Assembly: GCF_006345805.1 (NCBI RefSeq)
Contig: NC_043020.1
Span: forward strand, 19,034,001-19,098,000
DNA length: 64,000 bases
Direction: 5' to 3'
Source of the DNA: Octopus sinensis
Taxonomy: Eukaryota
Notes under the pieces: model-generated
The model's input: only the letters and a program-made list of their open reading frames with translations
Told to the model about the DNA's origin: nothing
The model's database searches: none
Part shown: positions 24,964-36,263 of the stretch, one piece after another
Position numbering within the stretch: the first letter of the stretch is position 1
How the letters are laid out: each line of letters starts with the position of its first letter
Translations under genes and position numbers: made by a program

Positions 24964-25747
24964 TATATACATTCATATATCACATCTCTCGCATTTTTTG
25001 TGAAGTCTGCATTAAAGGTACTGATACAAAATAAGACATTAGGTATTGCAGAGTATTATTGCTAGTGCAGTTAGAGAGGGTCTTTCTCTCGTGCTTTTTC
25101 TATTTTCTTCTTTCATCCAATGTACTCTGTGATATTTGGTCATTTCAATGGTTACTCGCTATCGTTTGCAGGTAGTCACTGTCCTTTTCTTCGCCACTGC
25201 AATCGGGCCACTCACTTCATTGCAATTTCGCTTAATGGTTAATCTCCATGAACTCTTTTTAGTGGTTTCTATGTTTCAGTTAACTGCAGAGTACTGCCCT
25301 GAAGATCCTAGTGCAACTGCTTTTCCAGCTACTGTCTTAAAAAAAAAAGATTTTGCCCAAATATGCGAACTTCTTAACCATATTCAAAGGTAAACAGGAG
25401 TTGGTGAATACACATATCACGGCATTTCTTGGAAGATCTTAAAGTAGACTGGTTTAACAACTCGCTATTCAACCTTGTGCGGAATCGTACTCCATTTCTG
25501 GGTTCGCTCGCCATGTTATCAAACATGGCCGCCAGAAATATAGCTAGAGCGAGAACCCAATCCTATTTGGCACAGTGGTCAACCATAAAGGAAGCCATGA
25601 TGTTGCTCCCAAGAAAGGTCGTGGTGGATATTCCATCGTGGAATTTATGCAGACCCTATATCTTTTGAACAGGGTGCATATAAACCCTCTCTTTTCGCAC
25701 CTTTGAAAGTCTTCCACGATGGAAAGTGGGAATCAGTGTTAATCATT

Positions 25748-26132
25748 ATCTTTCATCTTTTACTTGTTTCAGTCATTAGATTGTGGTCATGCTGGGGCAC
25801 CGCCTTGAAGAATTTTTAGTCAAATGACTCCAGTATTTATTCTTTTTTTTAAAACTTGGTACTCATTCTCCCAGTTTCTCTTGCCAAATCGCTTATATTA
25901 CGGGGGACATAAACACACCAACACCGGTTGTCAAGCTGTGGTGGCGGACAAACACAGACTCACAGACACAAAACACACACACACACACACATACTTCTTT
26001 CAGATTTCGTATCTCAAATCCACTCACAGGGCTTTGGTCGGCCCGAGGCTGTAATAGGAGACGTCTGTCCAAGGTTTCACGCAGTGAAACTGAACCTGCA
26101 ACTGTGTGGTTGGGGAGTATGCTTCTTACCAC
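25748..26132 (-). mobile_element. SINE family A, full length, nested in the RTE RT region
   Basis: Head to tail similarity with 19545-19952. Confidence 0.9.
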
Positions 26133-27439
26133 ACAGCCACACCTAATAAACTTTTCTGAGAAGCATGTCGGTGGTAATCGTAGACAAATGAAATGCACAC
26201 AAGCTTTCAGAAAGAATTCGTTGTTTTTGTTTTTCAGTTACTAGAGAAATGCTTGAGGTAGAAGTTTTTCTGCGATTGAGGGAAGGAAAATTTCTCGATA
26301 ATTCTGACAGACCTTCCATTCTCGACCCATTTCAGAAGGATATCACATTTCTTATATTCTCTGAAGAATTAGAGAAATCTTCAGGACAATTCTTTCCCAC
26401 CATACTTATACACACCCACCTATGGGAACGAAATAAACAAAAGGAAATTTACCCGGCAAATGGTATTTACCAGTTCCTCTATATTCGGTGATAGAATCAA
26501 ATTGGTATATTCCAAAATTTGTGCGAGTGTCATGCAAAAGTGTTGACAACCAGTTTAGTAGCTCAATAAAATGTTCCCGACAGCATCCTTGTTCCCGGGG
26601 TAGAGACGTAAGTAAACCTTACTCATCATTGGTTTATGTACCGTGTATCTCTCTCAGACTAACACAGAAAGTTTTTGCCTTGTGAGACTCAAAAAGGACT
26701 TGAATTTCTATATATATATTTTTTTTGTATCGAAGCTTGTATCTTTTTTGTCGACTGGTAGCCTGACTGGTAGCATGACTGGTAGATATCATGTATCTCC
26801 ATTTAGAGCAGTTTGATGGAACTTTCATTTTTAAGATAACACTGGCCATTTATGTCCGCTGTTCGAACCAGTCAGCATATTTGCGATCGGAGAAATCGAC
26901 TGAGGTGGCAGCTGTTTCGTTGATTATTTCACGTCACTGCTCCCAGTCACCATCGGCTGATGTAGTGTCAGCTAACATATTCTGCTCATAGTCACTGCCA
27001 CTTCATGATGGACTTAAGGATTTTTTTAATTTACTGGCATCCAGTCTTTTCAGAAGAATTCTTACAACGGTTTTGCATTTCAGTCTCACAGAAAAGTTAG
27101 ACGTGGTATAGACTTATTGTATTATCAGTGAGACAGCCAGTACCCTTCCATGGCACGAACACAACTTCTGTCTGCAAAGCTGTGGTCCGCGGTATGTCAT
27201 TACTTTTCAAGAAGAAGGTGTTTGCCTCAACCAGGTCGTTTTTGGAGCATAGTTTTCGTTGGAGTTGGCCATTGCAGTTGAGATTATCTTTTCAAAGTGA
27301 TTTAAATCTCGGTCTTATGCTAGGTAACCCTTCACTTCTCTCGCATTACGATCGTTGAGCTGTTGGCATCGTGTCCAAATGTCAACGTAGTAAATCCTAG
27401 AGATTCTACATATTCCGCTTGTATGTCAACAAAAGAGCA

Positions 27440-27487
27440 TAGATACACACGCACATGCGCACACACACACACACGCACACGCACACA

Positions 27488-27520
<33 letters not shown>

Positions 27521-27792
27521 GCACACACACACATGCCCGCACGCCCGCACACACAAACACACATACACACACACACACGCACACACGCACACACACATGC
27601 CCGCACACACACACACACACACACACATACACACACACATGCCCGCACGCACACACACACACATACACACACACACACGCACACACACACATGCCCGCAC
27701 GCACACACACACATACACACACACACGCACACGCACACACACACACGCGCTCACACACACACACGCACACACACACGCACGCACACACACAT

Positions 27793-27843
<51 letters not shown>

Positions 27844-27845
27844 CA
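27440..27845. repeat. Compound (CA/CG)n microsatellite, ~400 bp
   Basis: Alternating purine-pyrimidine tract with recurring atgcccgcac units. Confidence 0.95.
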
Positions 27846-28094
27846 CAAAGAAATCAGTTGCACTTCTATTTCCAGTCACCTTCATCAGATCATTGGTTAG
27901 CAACAGAGATTTGTTGACAGAAGCGTTCGCAATAGCTAAACCAACACCAGCTTCATTTCGTACAGCTTCCTCATTTCCTCAGCAGAAGCTGTAGCTTTGC
28001 TCCCTTATCTCTCCCTTGTTCTACCAATCGTGTATCTCATAGTATTCTACTGTCTATATAATAAGTATTAATTGTTTATCAACTGTAGGCATAG

Positions 28095-28862
28095 GCACAG
28101 GAGTGGCTATGTGGTAAGTAGCTTGCTTACCAACCACATGGTCCCGGGTTCAGTCCCACTACGTGGCACCTTGGGCAAGTGTCTTCTACTATAGCCTCGG
28201 ACCGACCAAAGTCTTGTGAGTGGATTTGGTAGACGGAAACTGAAAGAAGCCCGTCGTATATATGTATATATGTTTGTGTGTCTGTGCATGTACCCCCAAC
28301 ATCGCCTGACAACCGATGCTGGTGTGTTTACGTCCCCGTAACTTAGCGGTTCGGCAATAAGAGATCGATAGAATAAGTACTGGGTTTACAAAGAATAAGT
28401 CCTGGGGTCGATTTGCTCGACTAAAGGCGGTGCTCCAGCATGACCGCAGTAAAATGACTGAAATAAGTAAAAGAGTAAAAAGAGTATAGGTGCAGGCCGG
28501 CTGCGTGGTAAGAAGCTTGTTTCCCGACCACATGGTTCTGGGTTCAGTCCCACTAGGTGACATCTTGGGCAAGTGTCTTCTACTATAGCCTCGGGCTGAC
28601 CAAAGCCTTGTGAGTGGATTTGGTAGATGGAAACTGAAAGAAGCCCGACGTATATATGTTTATGTACATCTGTGTGTGTATGCCTTTGTGTCTGTTTGTT
28701 CTTCCACTATCACTTGATAACCGATGTCGGTGTGTCTATGTCCCCGTAGCTTAGCGGTTCGGCAAAAAGAGACTAGGCCTACAAAAAGAGACTAGGCCTA
28801 CAAAGAATAGGTTCTGGGGTCGATTTCTTCGACTAGAACCCTTGAAGGTGGTGCTCCAGCAT
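28095..28862 (+). mobile_element. Two tandem SINE family A copies
   Basis: Full copy ~28095-28482; second copy ~28485-28862 lacking the end of the tail. Confidence 0.95.
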
Positions 28863-29116
28863 CAATTTGATGCTATATTTCATCCAAAGAGGTGGAAAAT
28901 CCATTAAATTGTGATGAAAATAAATGTGTGCGCTTAAAGACGCTTTTGACGAAACGTATCCGTCTTGGGAAAGGCATCACGATCGCTAAAAGAAAGCTCG
29001 CCTGGTCATTTGAACAGGATATTGAGCAGCTGTCATTCCTCTGCATTCCCATGACCATCCTACTGAAATCACCAGTGTCCAGATTTCTGAGTAGCAGCTT
29101 CCGGCTTCCTAAGATT

Positions 29117-29160
29117 GTCCCATTCGCCATTCGTCTGCTGGTTACTAGACGTTTCCTTCT
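29117..29160 (-). ncRNA. HDV-like ribozyme 3' half (P4, J4/2, P2'), rest not recoverable
   Basis: Minus strand ggaaa-cgtct-agtaaccagc-agacg-aatggcgaatgggac; last 15 nt equal the HDV genomic ribozyme 3' end. Confidence 0.35.
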
Positions 29161-29324
29161 CGCGTAACCAAGTAGTCGCAAGCAAGTATAGATACCTCTA
29201 TTGGTCCTCATTCTCTTGACCAGGTGGTACATCAAAAATGTGGCAAGGCAGTGTCCTAGCATGATCTCAGTGAATGTGCGTGCGTGTGCGTGTGTGTATG
29301 TGTGTGCGTGTGTGTGTATATATA

Positions 29325-29371
<47 letters not shown>

Positions 29372-29955
29372 GAGTGTTAACTTTAAAGACTGCTCGTCCA
29401 TCAAGCCAGAGTTTACCCTGATCTCTGAGTCATATAAAAGAGCGAAAGAGCAAGACTCCACGGGATACCTGTCTATCATCGCAGTTTTATACCTCACCTG
29501 CCGCTGCTGCTTCTCATTTTAAATCACGCGAACTGGAACAGTATGAAAAGAAGTGTTTTATTCTAGGATACCAGGCACTGCCTACTTCAGGAACTGAACC
29601 TATGACTTAACGAATGAGAGCTCGATTCAGTAATTACTTGGCCACGCTTCATGATTGTTCTCTTGTGACAGTATAGTCGCAAGCTTAAATACATACATAT
29701 TGTATTGAGACAAATATATAAGTCTGAATCGATGATCTGTTATTTCTTTGTATGTCATTCAGATTGTTCTTCATCCGCCACTAATGTACTTTTACGTCAA
29801 ATAAACCTTTGATCGAAGGTGTTTCAGGTGTGAGATTTTTTTTCTTAAGATGTGGTACATGGAATACCAAATTATTGACTGTTCTTTACTTTATTACAGG
29901 GTTAGTGCTTTCAGGGGTATTTAGGTGATATTACTAGCAGGTAGAAAGGTGACAA

Positions 29956-30182
29956 GCAGGGTAGAATCGTAAGCACTCCGGACAAAATGCTTAGTGGCAT
30001 TTCTTCCGGCTTTATTTAGTTCATTCGGCTTCACTGAGTTCAAATTCCGTCGAGGTTGACTCACCATTTATACTTTTGGGGTCGATAAAATAAATAACGG
30101 TGGAGCATTAAGGGTCGACGTAATCGACTAGTCCTCTCCACCACAAATTTCAGGCCTTGTGCCTGTAAGTAGAAAGGATCAT
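29956..30182 (+). mobile_element. SINE family B, diverged
   Basis: gagttcaaattccgtcgaggttgac...ggggtcgataaa...aggccttgtgcct. Confidence 0.8.
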
Positions 30183-30440
30183 TTGTAGGTTGAGCAGACA
30201 CATGAGAACTACCGCCATTAGCGCAAAGCAGTGGGTTCAAGTTGTCATTATGTCTGCCTATTTTCCCACTTACTTCTGAAGGTGTTTCTTTTTGAAGAAA
30301 TATAATTGGATACAAAGTTTATGGGTTAAACCTAATATGAAAGAGTCTAGTGTAATCATGCTTTAAGCCCATGTAACATAAGTGTCAGAAACGGTTTTCT
30401 TTCAAAGCGTTAATTAGTTTTAATATATATGTAATTACAG

Positions 30441-31200
30441 TAGCGAGCTGGCAGAATCATTAGCACGCCGGGTGAAATGCGTAGCCGTATTTCGTCTGCC
30501 GTTACGTTCTGAGTTCAAATTCCGCCGAGGTCGACTTTGCCTTTCATCCTTTCGAGGTCGATAAATTAAGTACCAGTTACGCACTGGGGTCGATGTAATC
30601 GACTTAATCCGTTTGTCTGTCCTTGTTTGTCCCCTCTGTGTTTAGCTCCTTGTGGACAATAAAGAAATAAGAATTGTTAGCACGCCTGGTGAAATGTTCA
30701 GCGGCATTTCATTTGTTACGATGTTCTGAGTTCAAATTCCGCCGAGGTCGACTTTGACTCTCGTCCTTTCGGGGTCGATAAATAAAGTACCAGTTGAGCA
30801 CTGAGGTCGATAAGCGACTTACCTGCTCCACTGATATTGCCAGCCTTGTGCCAAAATTTGAAATCAATATAAAATGACAGTGGCAAGTGGCAGAATCGTT
30901 AGCACGCCAGGCAAATTACATTTCGTTCGTCTTTACGTTCTGTGTTCAAATTCAGCTGAGGTCGACTTTGCCTTTTCAAACTTTCGGGATTGATAAAATA
31001 AGTACCAGTTCAGTATTGGGGCCGATGCAATCGATTTACCCTCTCCTCGGAAATTTCAGGCCTTGTAAACACATAGATATCAAAACGGCAGTCATTAGAA
31101 AGTAGGCCTTGGGTTTTTTAGTTTCGGGTGTCTTCGTTCTGAGTTCAAATTCCACCAAAACCACCTTTCCATTTCTTACTTTTCGGAGTCGATAAAATAA
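30441..31200 (+). mobile_element. Tandem cluster of 3-4 SINE B copies
   Basis: Repeated heads ttagcacgcc and cores gaggtcgactttg. Confidence 0.9.
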
Positions 31201-31369
31201 AATAGTGGCCAGGGTGATGGATTGGTAGAATTACAAGAGGGTCGGATGCGATTACTTGTATTTGAATTTTGAATTCTTGGCTGGTAGCATCCAGTTTAAC
31301 AGCAGCACTGGAACCTGTTGTTGAGTCTCAAACAAGGCGAAAAGTCACTTCGTGTAAGGGACTATGAAG

Positions 31370-31790
31370 AAGGAACATTTAAGAGGAAAGGAATGAAGTT
31401 ACTCCAGGCTTGAAAGAATTCAATTTATAAAAAAAGCGGGGAAAACAATGAGATGGAAGAGAATTCCAAAGTCTGGCAGTTCGAGGAAATAAGCTATGAC
31501 TGTAGAAACACTTCCTTATTTTATGGAAGTACAACAGCATTTGGATGAAGTTTCTGTGAATTTCGAGCGAAGCAAGACGGCACAAAGTGATCTGAAACTA
31601 AGAGAGAAAGTTCATCAGAGCACTTCTTGAGGTAATAACGATCACTCTGTTGCAAATATCCAGATCTCTTATTTGAGGGACACATGGTTCTTTTTTTCCA
31701 TCAGTTGTGGAGCTTCTGAAAGTCTAATGGCTCGTGGGCGCGTATTGTTCTCTCTTAAACGACTATAGGGAACAAAACCGAAATGAAGTT
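31370..31790 (-). mobile_element. CR1/L2-group (Zenon-like) LINE 3' end
   Basis: RYYLKKCSDELS; YSHSLFPRTARLWNSLPSHCFP..YKLNSFK. Confidence 0.85.
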
Positions 31791-32197
31791 AGGACTGATG
31801 TAAAATTGAGCCCTCAACATCTTTATCAGTAACGCTGGATGAGGACTAGATTGATCTTTCTTTACAGCCCATTGTGGTCCGCCTCTCTCTCCTTTATACT
31901 TATAATGTATTTCTCGAGAGCATTAAGTATGAATTACAACGACTGAGTCTCCAAACGGTTTATTTATTTGTAATTTCATCTAGAAAACTTAATGTGATTC
32001 AAAGCTATGACATTCGTCCAAATGGATTCTCAGGACCTCATTATAATGGAGCAGACTTTTGAATTATTCTGCCTATGTTCATGCAATATCACACAACATG
32101 AAAGCAATGAAGAAATTTTAGAGAAAAAAATGAATTAAAGAAGAGAACTATATCCAAATACATTAACTAAAGTATGTATTTTTATAATAATCAATAA

Positions 32198-33090
32198 TAC
32201 TGTCGAACAAACAGTAGCACCAGCGAGGCTTGTGGCTCCGCGCCTGATATTACCAATGACGATATCCACATCCCCATCAGCGACGGTAGCGCCAACGCCA
32301 CGGCCAGAGATGACCACCACAACGGCAACAGCCGCAACAATATCACCGGACCCACGCCTCATAATGATAACAGCATTGATGGAAGCCCCAGAAACACCGG
32401 TGGCAACAACATCTCCAGGCCTGGAACCAACCGAAAATTCGCCAGTAATATGAGCACAACCAACACCCAAGCCTGGAAATATATCGGGTCAGCCGGGATG
32501 GCCTTAAAGCGGCGCCTGTACAATCACAGGTCTTCTTTCAGGCTTCCGGAAAGACGATTCGTCATGTCCCTGGCCAGCCACGTGTAGCGCCTCAAAGACC
32601 AAGGAACCCCATACGATATCAAGTGGAAGATCTTAGAGTGGCCGGGACCCTACATTAACGGGAGGGAACGCTGCAAGTTTTGTATAGCCGAGCGAGAAAG
32701 GATACTGAAAGACTCCCTGAGACCTTGGTCACTGAACAGTCACCAACAAAGTTACCTTCCTTGCATCCATTTCAAACGTCTGCGACAAACATGGGAGTCT
32801 CCGTTTTGTGATTAGACCCAGAAGGATCCTTACAATCTAAAAGCAACCCAAGAGAAAATCCCCTGTTCCCTTCCTCTTGGCCCACAAAAATTGCTCTAAG
32901 GGAGATAACCCGCCCTCACTGATCCTGTACAATTTATTCTTTGGTGACTTACTGACCAAATGACCATAACAAATTCCTGCCGCCCAGAGGCGGGGAGTTA
33001 CATTTGTCTTCGGTTTTAGTCTGACGAAACGTTCGCGGGGCTAAGCCCTTTGTGGATGCTATACCATTGGTCACTCCATGACTGGGCATA
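32198..33090 (+). mobile_element. Penelope-like element 3' end (GIY-YIG C-terminal half and 3' region)
   Basis: KYIGSAG.ALKRRLYNHRSSF..SLASHV*RLKDQGTPYDIKWKIL..PYING..CKFCIAERERI. Confidence 0.85.
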
Positions 33091-33485
33091 GACTTATATG
33101 TATATATATATATATAATGGAACTGTGATTATGTATATCAGAATATATATATATATAATATATATATATATATATAAATATGACGAAAAAATTTGTTGGC
33201 CTTTTATGGTTTTTATAATTATTTATATATTATCTATTGTTATATTATATATTGTATTCATAGTATTTGATGTAATATTGTAATATAAAGAAATTATTTG
33301 ATTGTCAATAGAATATCTCCATATTCAATTTATCATATAATTGAATTATACCAATATTTATATGGTATCCAACTGACGTACAAGTGAATTGGATGTTTAA
33401 CACACCCTTTAGAAGAATTCTGTTCCTCAGTTTGTTGCTTTATATATATATATATATATATATATATCTATATATATATATATAA

Positions 33486-33781
33486 AAATTATTACATTAT
33501 ATAAAAGGGCTTAGTAAAATAAATACTTTGCCGCATACTGAACTCATTAGAAATAGCAGCTAAAAAAAACTTTTTTAAAACTATTTCTAATACTTAAAGA
33601 AAACCTCTCTCATATAGTGTTTGCTCAATTCAGTTGAATTGAGCAAACACTATATGAGAGAGGTTTTCTTTAAGTATTAGAAATAGTTTAAAAAAGTTTT
33701 TTTTAGCTGCTATTTCTAATGAGTTCAGTATGCGGCAAAGTAATTTATTTTACTAAGCCCTTTTATATAATGTAATAATTT
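33486..33781. repeat. 296-bp near-perfect palindrome (2-nt loop)
   Basis: Centre caattca-gt-tgaattg at 33626-33641; arms differ by two single-base indels in homopolymer runs. Confidence 0.97.
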
Positions 33782-33861
33782 GAATTCGCCTTAAATGGTC
33801 CCTTTGCATACTGAATACTTGGTGAAATTGATTAATTAATTAATTTTACCCTCAATTGTTG

Positions 33862-33909
<48 letters not shown>

Positions 33910-34864
33910 TATGTACATTTATCTTCCTGTTAAAACGTCCAGAACATCAGGATGTTTTTCTGTCGACCCAATTCTTTAGCCGTTATCGAGTGAAACAGGT
34001 TTTAGTAGAACGTTCTAAAAATTAGAGTCGATCACGTGGTGTTTAAAATAAGGTGACTCGAAATGAAAAAGAAAAAATATCTGGGTTCTTCTCTGTTTGG
34101 CCGCCACTTTTCAATTTCTTTAATTTTTGTTCCAATTGATTTTATATAAGGTGTAAAGATGTAGTTTTGCATGGTAATCATTGACATGAAATTCACTTTC
34201 GTCATAAATCAATGAAGAGTCAGTAGCTTTTAAAGTTTGTAAATTTGGGGTAATTTTTGCCAAACGTAAGCCACAGATTCGTTCCATAGTAACAAGCCAA
34301 GCTGTTACCAAGCTGTTGATCAACGCGGTTATTTTTCGCTTATTAAATGGTAAGATGTAAGATGTGCTAAAAATAATAGCTAAATAGGCCTTAGTTATCG
34401 CACCAAATGTATTTTCTCTTTGTTTTTGCATAATCGTATGTATTCCTGTGTGCAGAATACAAACTCGCAAGAAGTTTCTGAAAATTCCAAAACATAAAAA
34501 CGTTATAAGGGGGTTGGTTACATGGCGTGCTTTAAGCAGAATTCCGCCAATATTTCATTTGTTTACATTTGACAACATGTGCAGTCACGCACAAAATGAC
34601 AGATCCGAAATCCTGTTTTCTGAGTGGGTAAAAATGATCAAACTCAAACCTCTGCAATTTTTTTTAAAATGTTTTCTGAAAAAAGTTAAATATCTTCTTG
34701 AGATACAACACGGAAAATTACTTCCATACACCAAATTCTAAAATTTTCACTAACTCTTGAAATTTTCACAGGTACAACCAAAAAGAGAAGATCCAAAAGG
34801 ATGAATTGCAAACTTCCCTACGGTGTTCGGCTATGAAAGATAGTCAGTTAGAAAGTGTATGCGA

Positions 34865-35245
34865 AAGGCGGCGAGCTGGCAGAAACGTTAGCAGGGCGGC
34901 CGAAATACTTAGCGGTATTTCGTCTGCCGTTACGTTCTGAGTTCAACTTCGCCTTTCATCCTTTCGGGGTCGATTAAATAAGTACCAGTAACGCACTGGG
35001 ATTGATATAATCGGCTTAATACGTTTGTCTGTCCTTGTTTGTCCCTTCTGTGTTTAGCCTCTTGTGGGTAGTAAAGAAATAGGTATTTCGTCTACCGCTA
35101 CGTTCTGAGTTCAAATTCCGCCGAGGTCAACTCTGCCTTTCATCCTTTCGGGGTCGATAAATTAAGTACCAGTAACGACTTATTCCCTTTGTCTGTCCTT
35201 GTTTGTCCCCTCTATGTTTAGCCCCTTGTGGGCAATAAAGAAATA
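34865..35245 (+). mobile_element. SINE B composite (head plus two bodies) with 12-bp TSD
   Basis: TSD agaaagtgtatg (34850-34861) / agaaagtgtacg (35246-35257); internal junction aaagaaata|ggtatttcg. Confidence 0.9.
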
Positions 35246-35279
35246 AGAAAGTGTACGTGCGCATGTGTGTGTGTATGTG

Positions 35280-35332
<53 letters not shown>

Positions 35333-35454
35333 CACCATCTGGGCGACATGTGAGTCAGTGAAACCCGTTGCATGGTCGGCGTCTAAACCGGCAACGTTAT
35401 GAAGCCTGTTTGGTGAGGAGGGTGGTTTTCGTCGACAATCTAAAGGACGAAAAA

Positions 35455-36075
35455 CATACATACATACATACATACATACATACAACATACATACATACAT
35501 ACATACATACATACATACATAAATAATACATAGATACATACTACATACATACATACAACTACATACAAACATACATACTACATACTTACATATACATACA
35601 TACATACATACATACATACAAACTACATAAATACATACAAACATACATACATACATCATACATACATACATACAAACATACATACATCATAAATTACATA
35701 ACTACCACATACAAAAACATACAACATACATCATACATCAATACATACAAACATACATACATACATACATACAAACATCCATACTACATACATACATACA
35801 TAATACATAACATACATACATCATACAAAACATACATCCATACATTACATACATACATAAATACATACATACATACATACATACAAACATACATACATAC
35901 ATACATACATACATACATAAATACATACATACATACATACAAACATACATACATACATACATACATACAAACATACATACATACATACATACATACATAA
36001 ATACATACATACATACATACAAACATACATACATACATACATACATACATACATACATACATACATACATACATG
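35455..36075. repeat. (CATA)n tetranucleotide array, ~620 bp
   Basis: Direct inspection; variant caaa and taaa units interspersed. Confidence 0.97.
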
Positions 36076-36263
36076 ATGCCTGTCAACTTGTTAGACGAGT
36101 ATCACCATCACTGAGAAAGTTTTCTTTTACCCTGAAGCTAACAAGAGACGTTCAGTTCTTGTTACAGATGCTGCACTCATATTAATGTGTTGCAATCAGC
36201 TGCCCGTTTGATAATATGCTTTCATGTCTCTTCTGAGTCCAGAAAAGTCATACATAGATAGAT

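Larger units (their letters stand above)
25000..28085 (-). mobile_element. RTE-BovB/Expander-like LINE fossil (APE endonuclease and RT) interrupted by a SINE and a microsatellite; 5' region may extend to ~29270
   Basis: YID..DTRLVEQG; EAGVGLAI; DRKYADWF; REHFIELLN; CQNYREIFLPSIAEKLL; GVRFRT; VKKFAYLG; all in RTE order on minus strand. Confidence 0.8.

Noticed and set aside
26238-26491. Plus-strand acceptor and 80-aa ORF
   Set aside because: Lies antisense within the RTE reverse transcriptase fossil
32232-32453. Mucin-like Thr/Pro ORF
   Set aside because: Alternative frame of the Penelope remnant
33015-33050. ctgacgaaacgtt in the Penelope 3' region
   Set aside because: CUGACGA and GAAAC overlap, leaving no stem II
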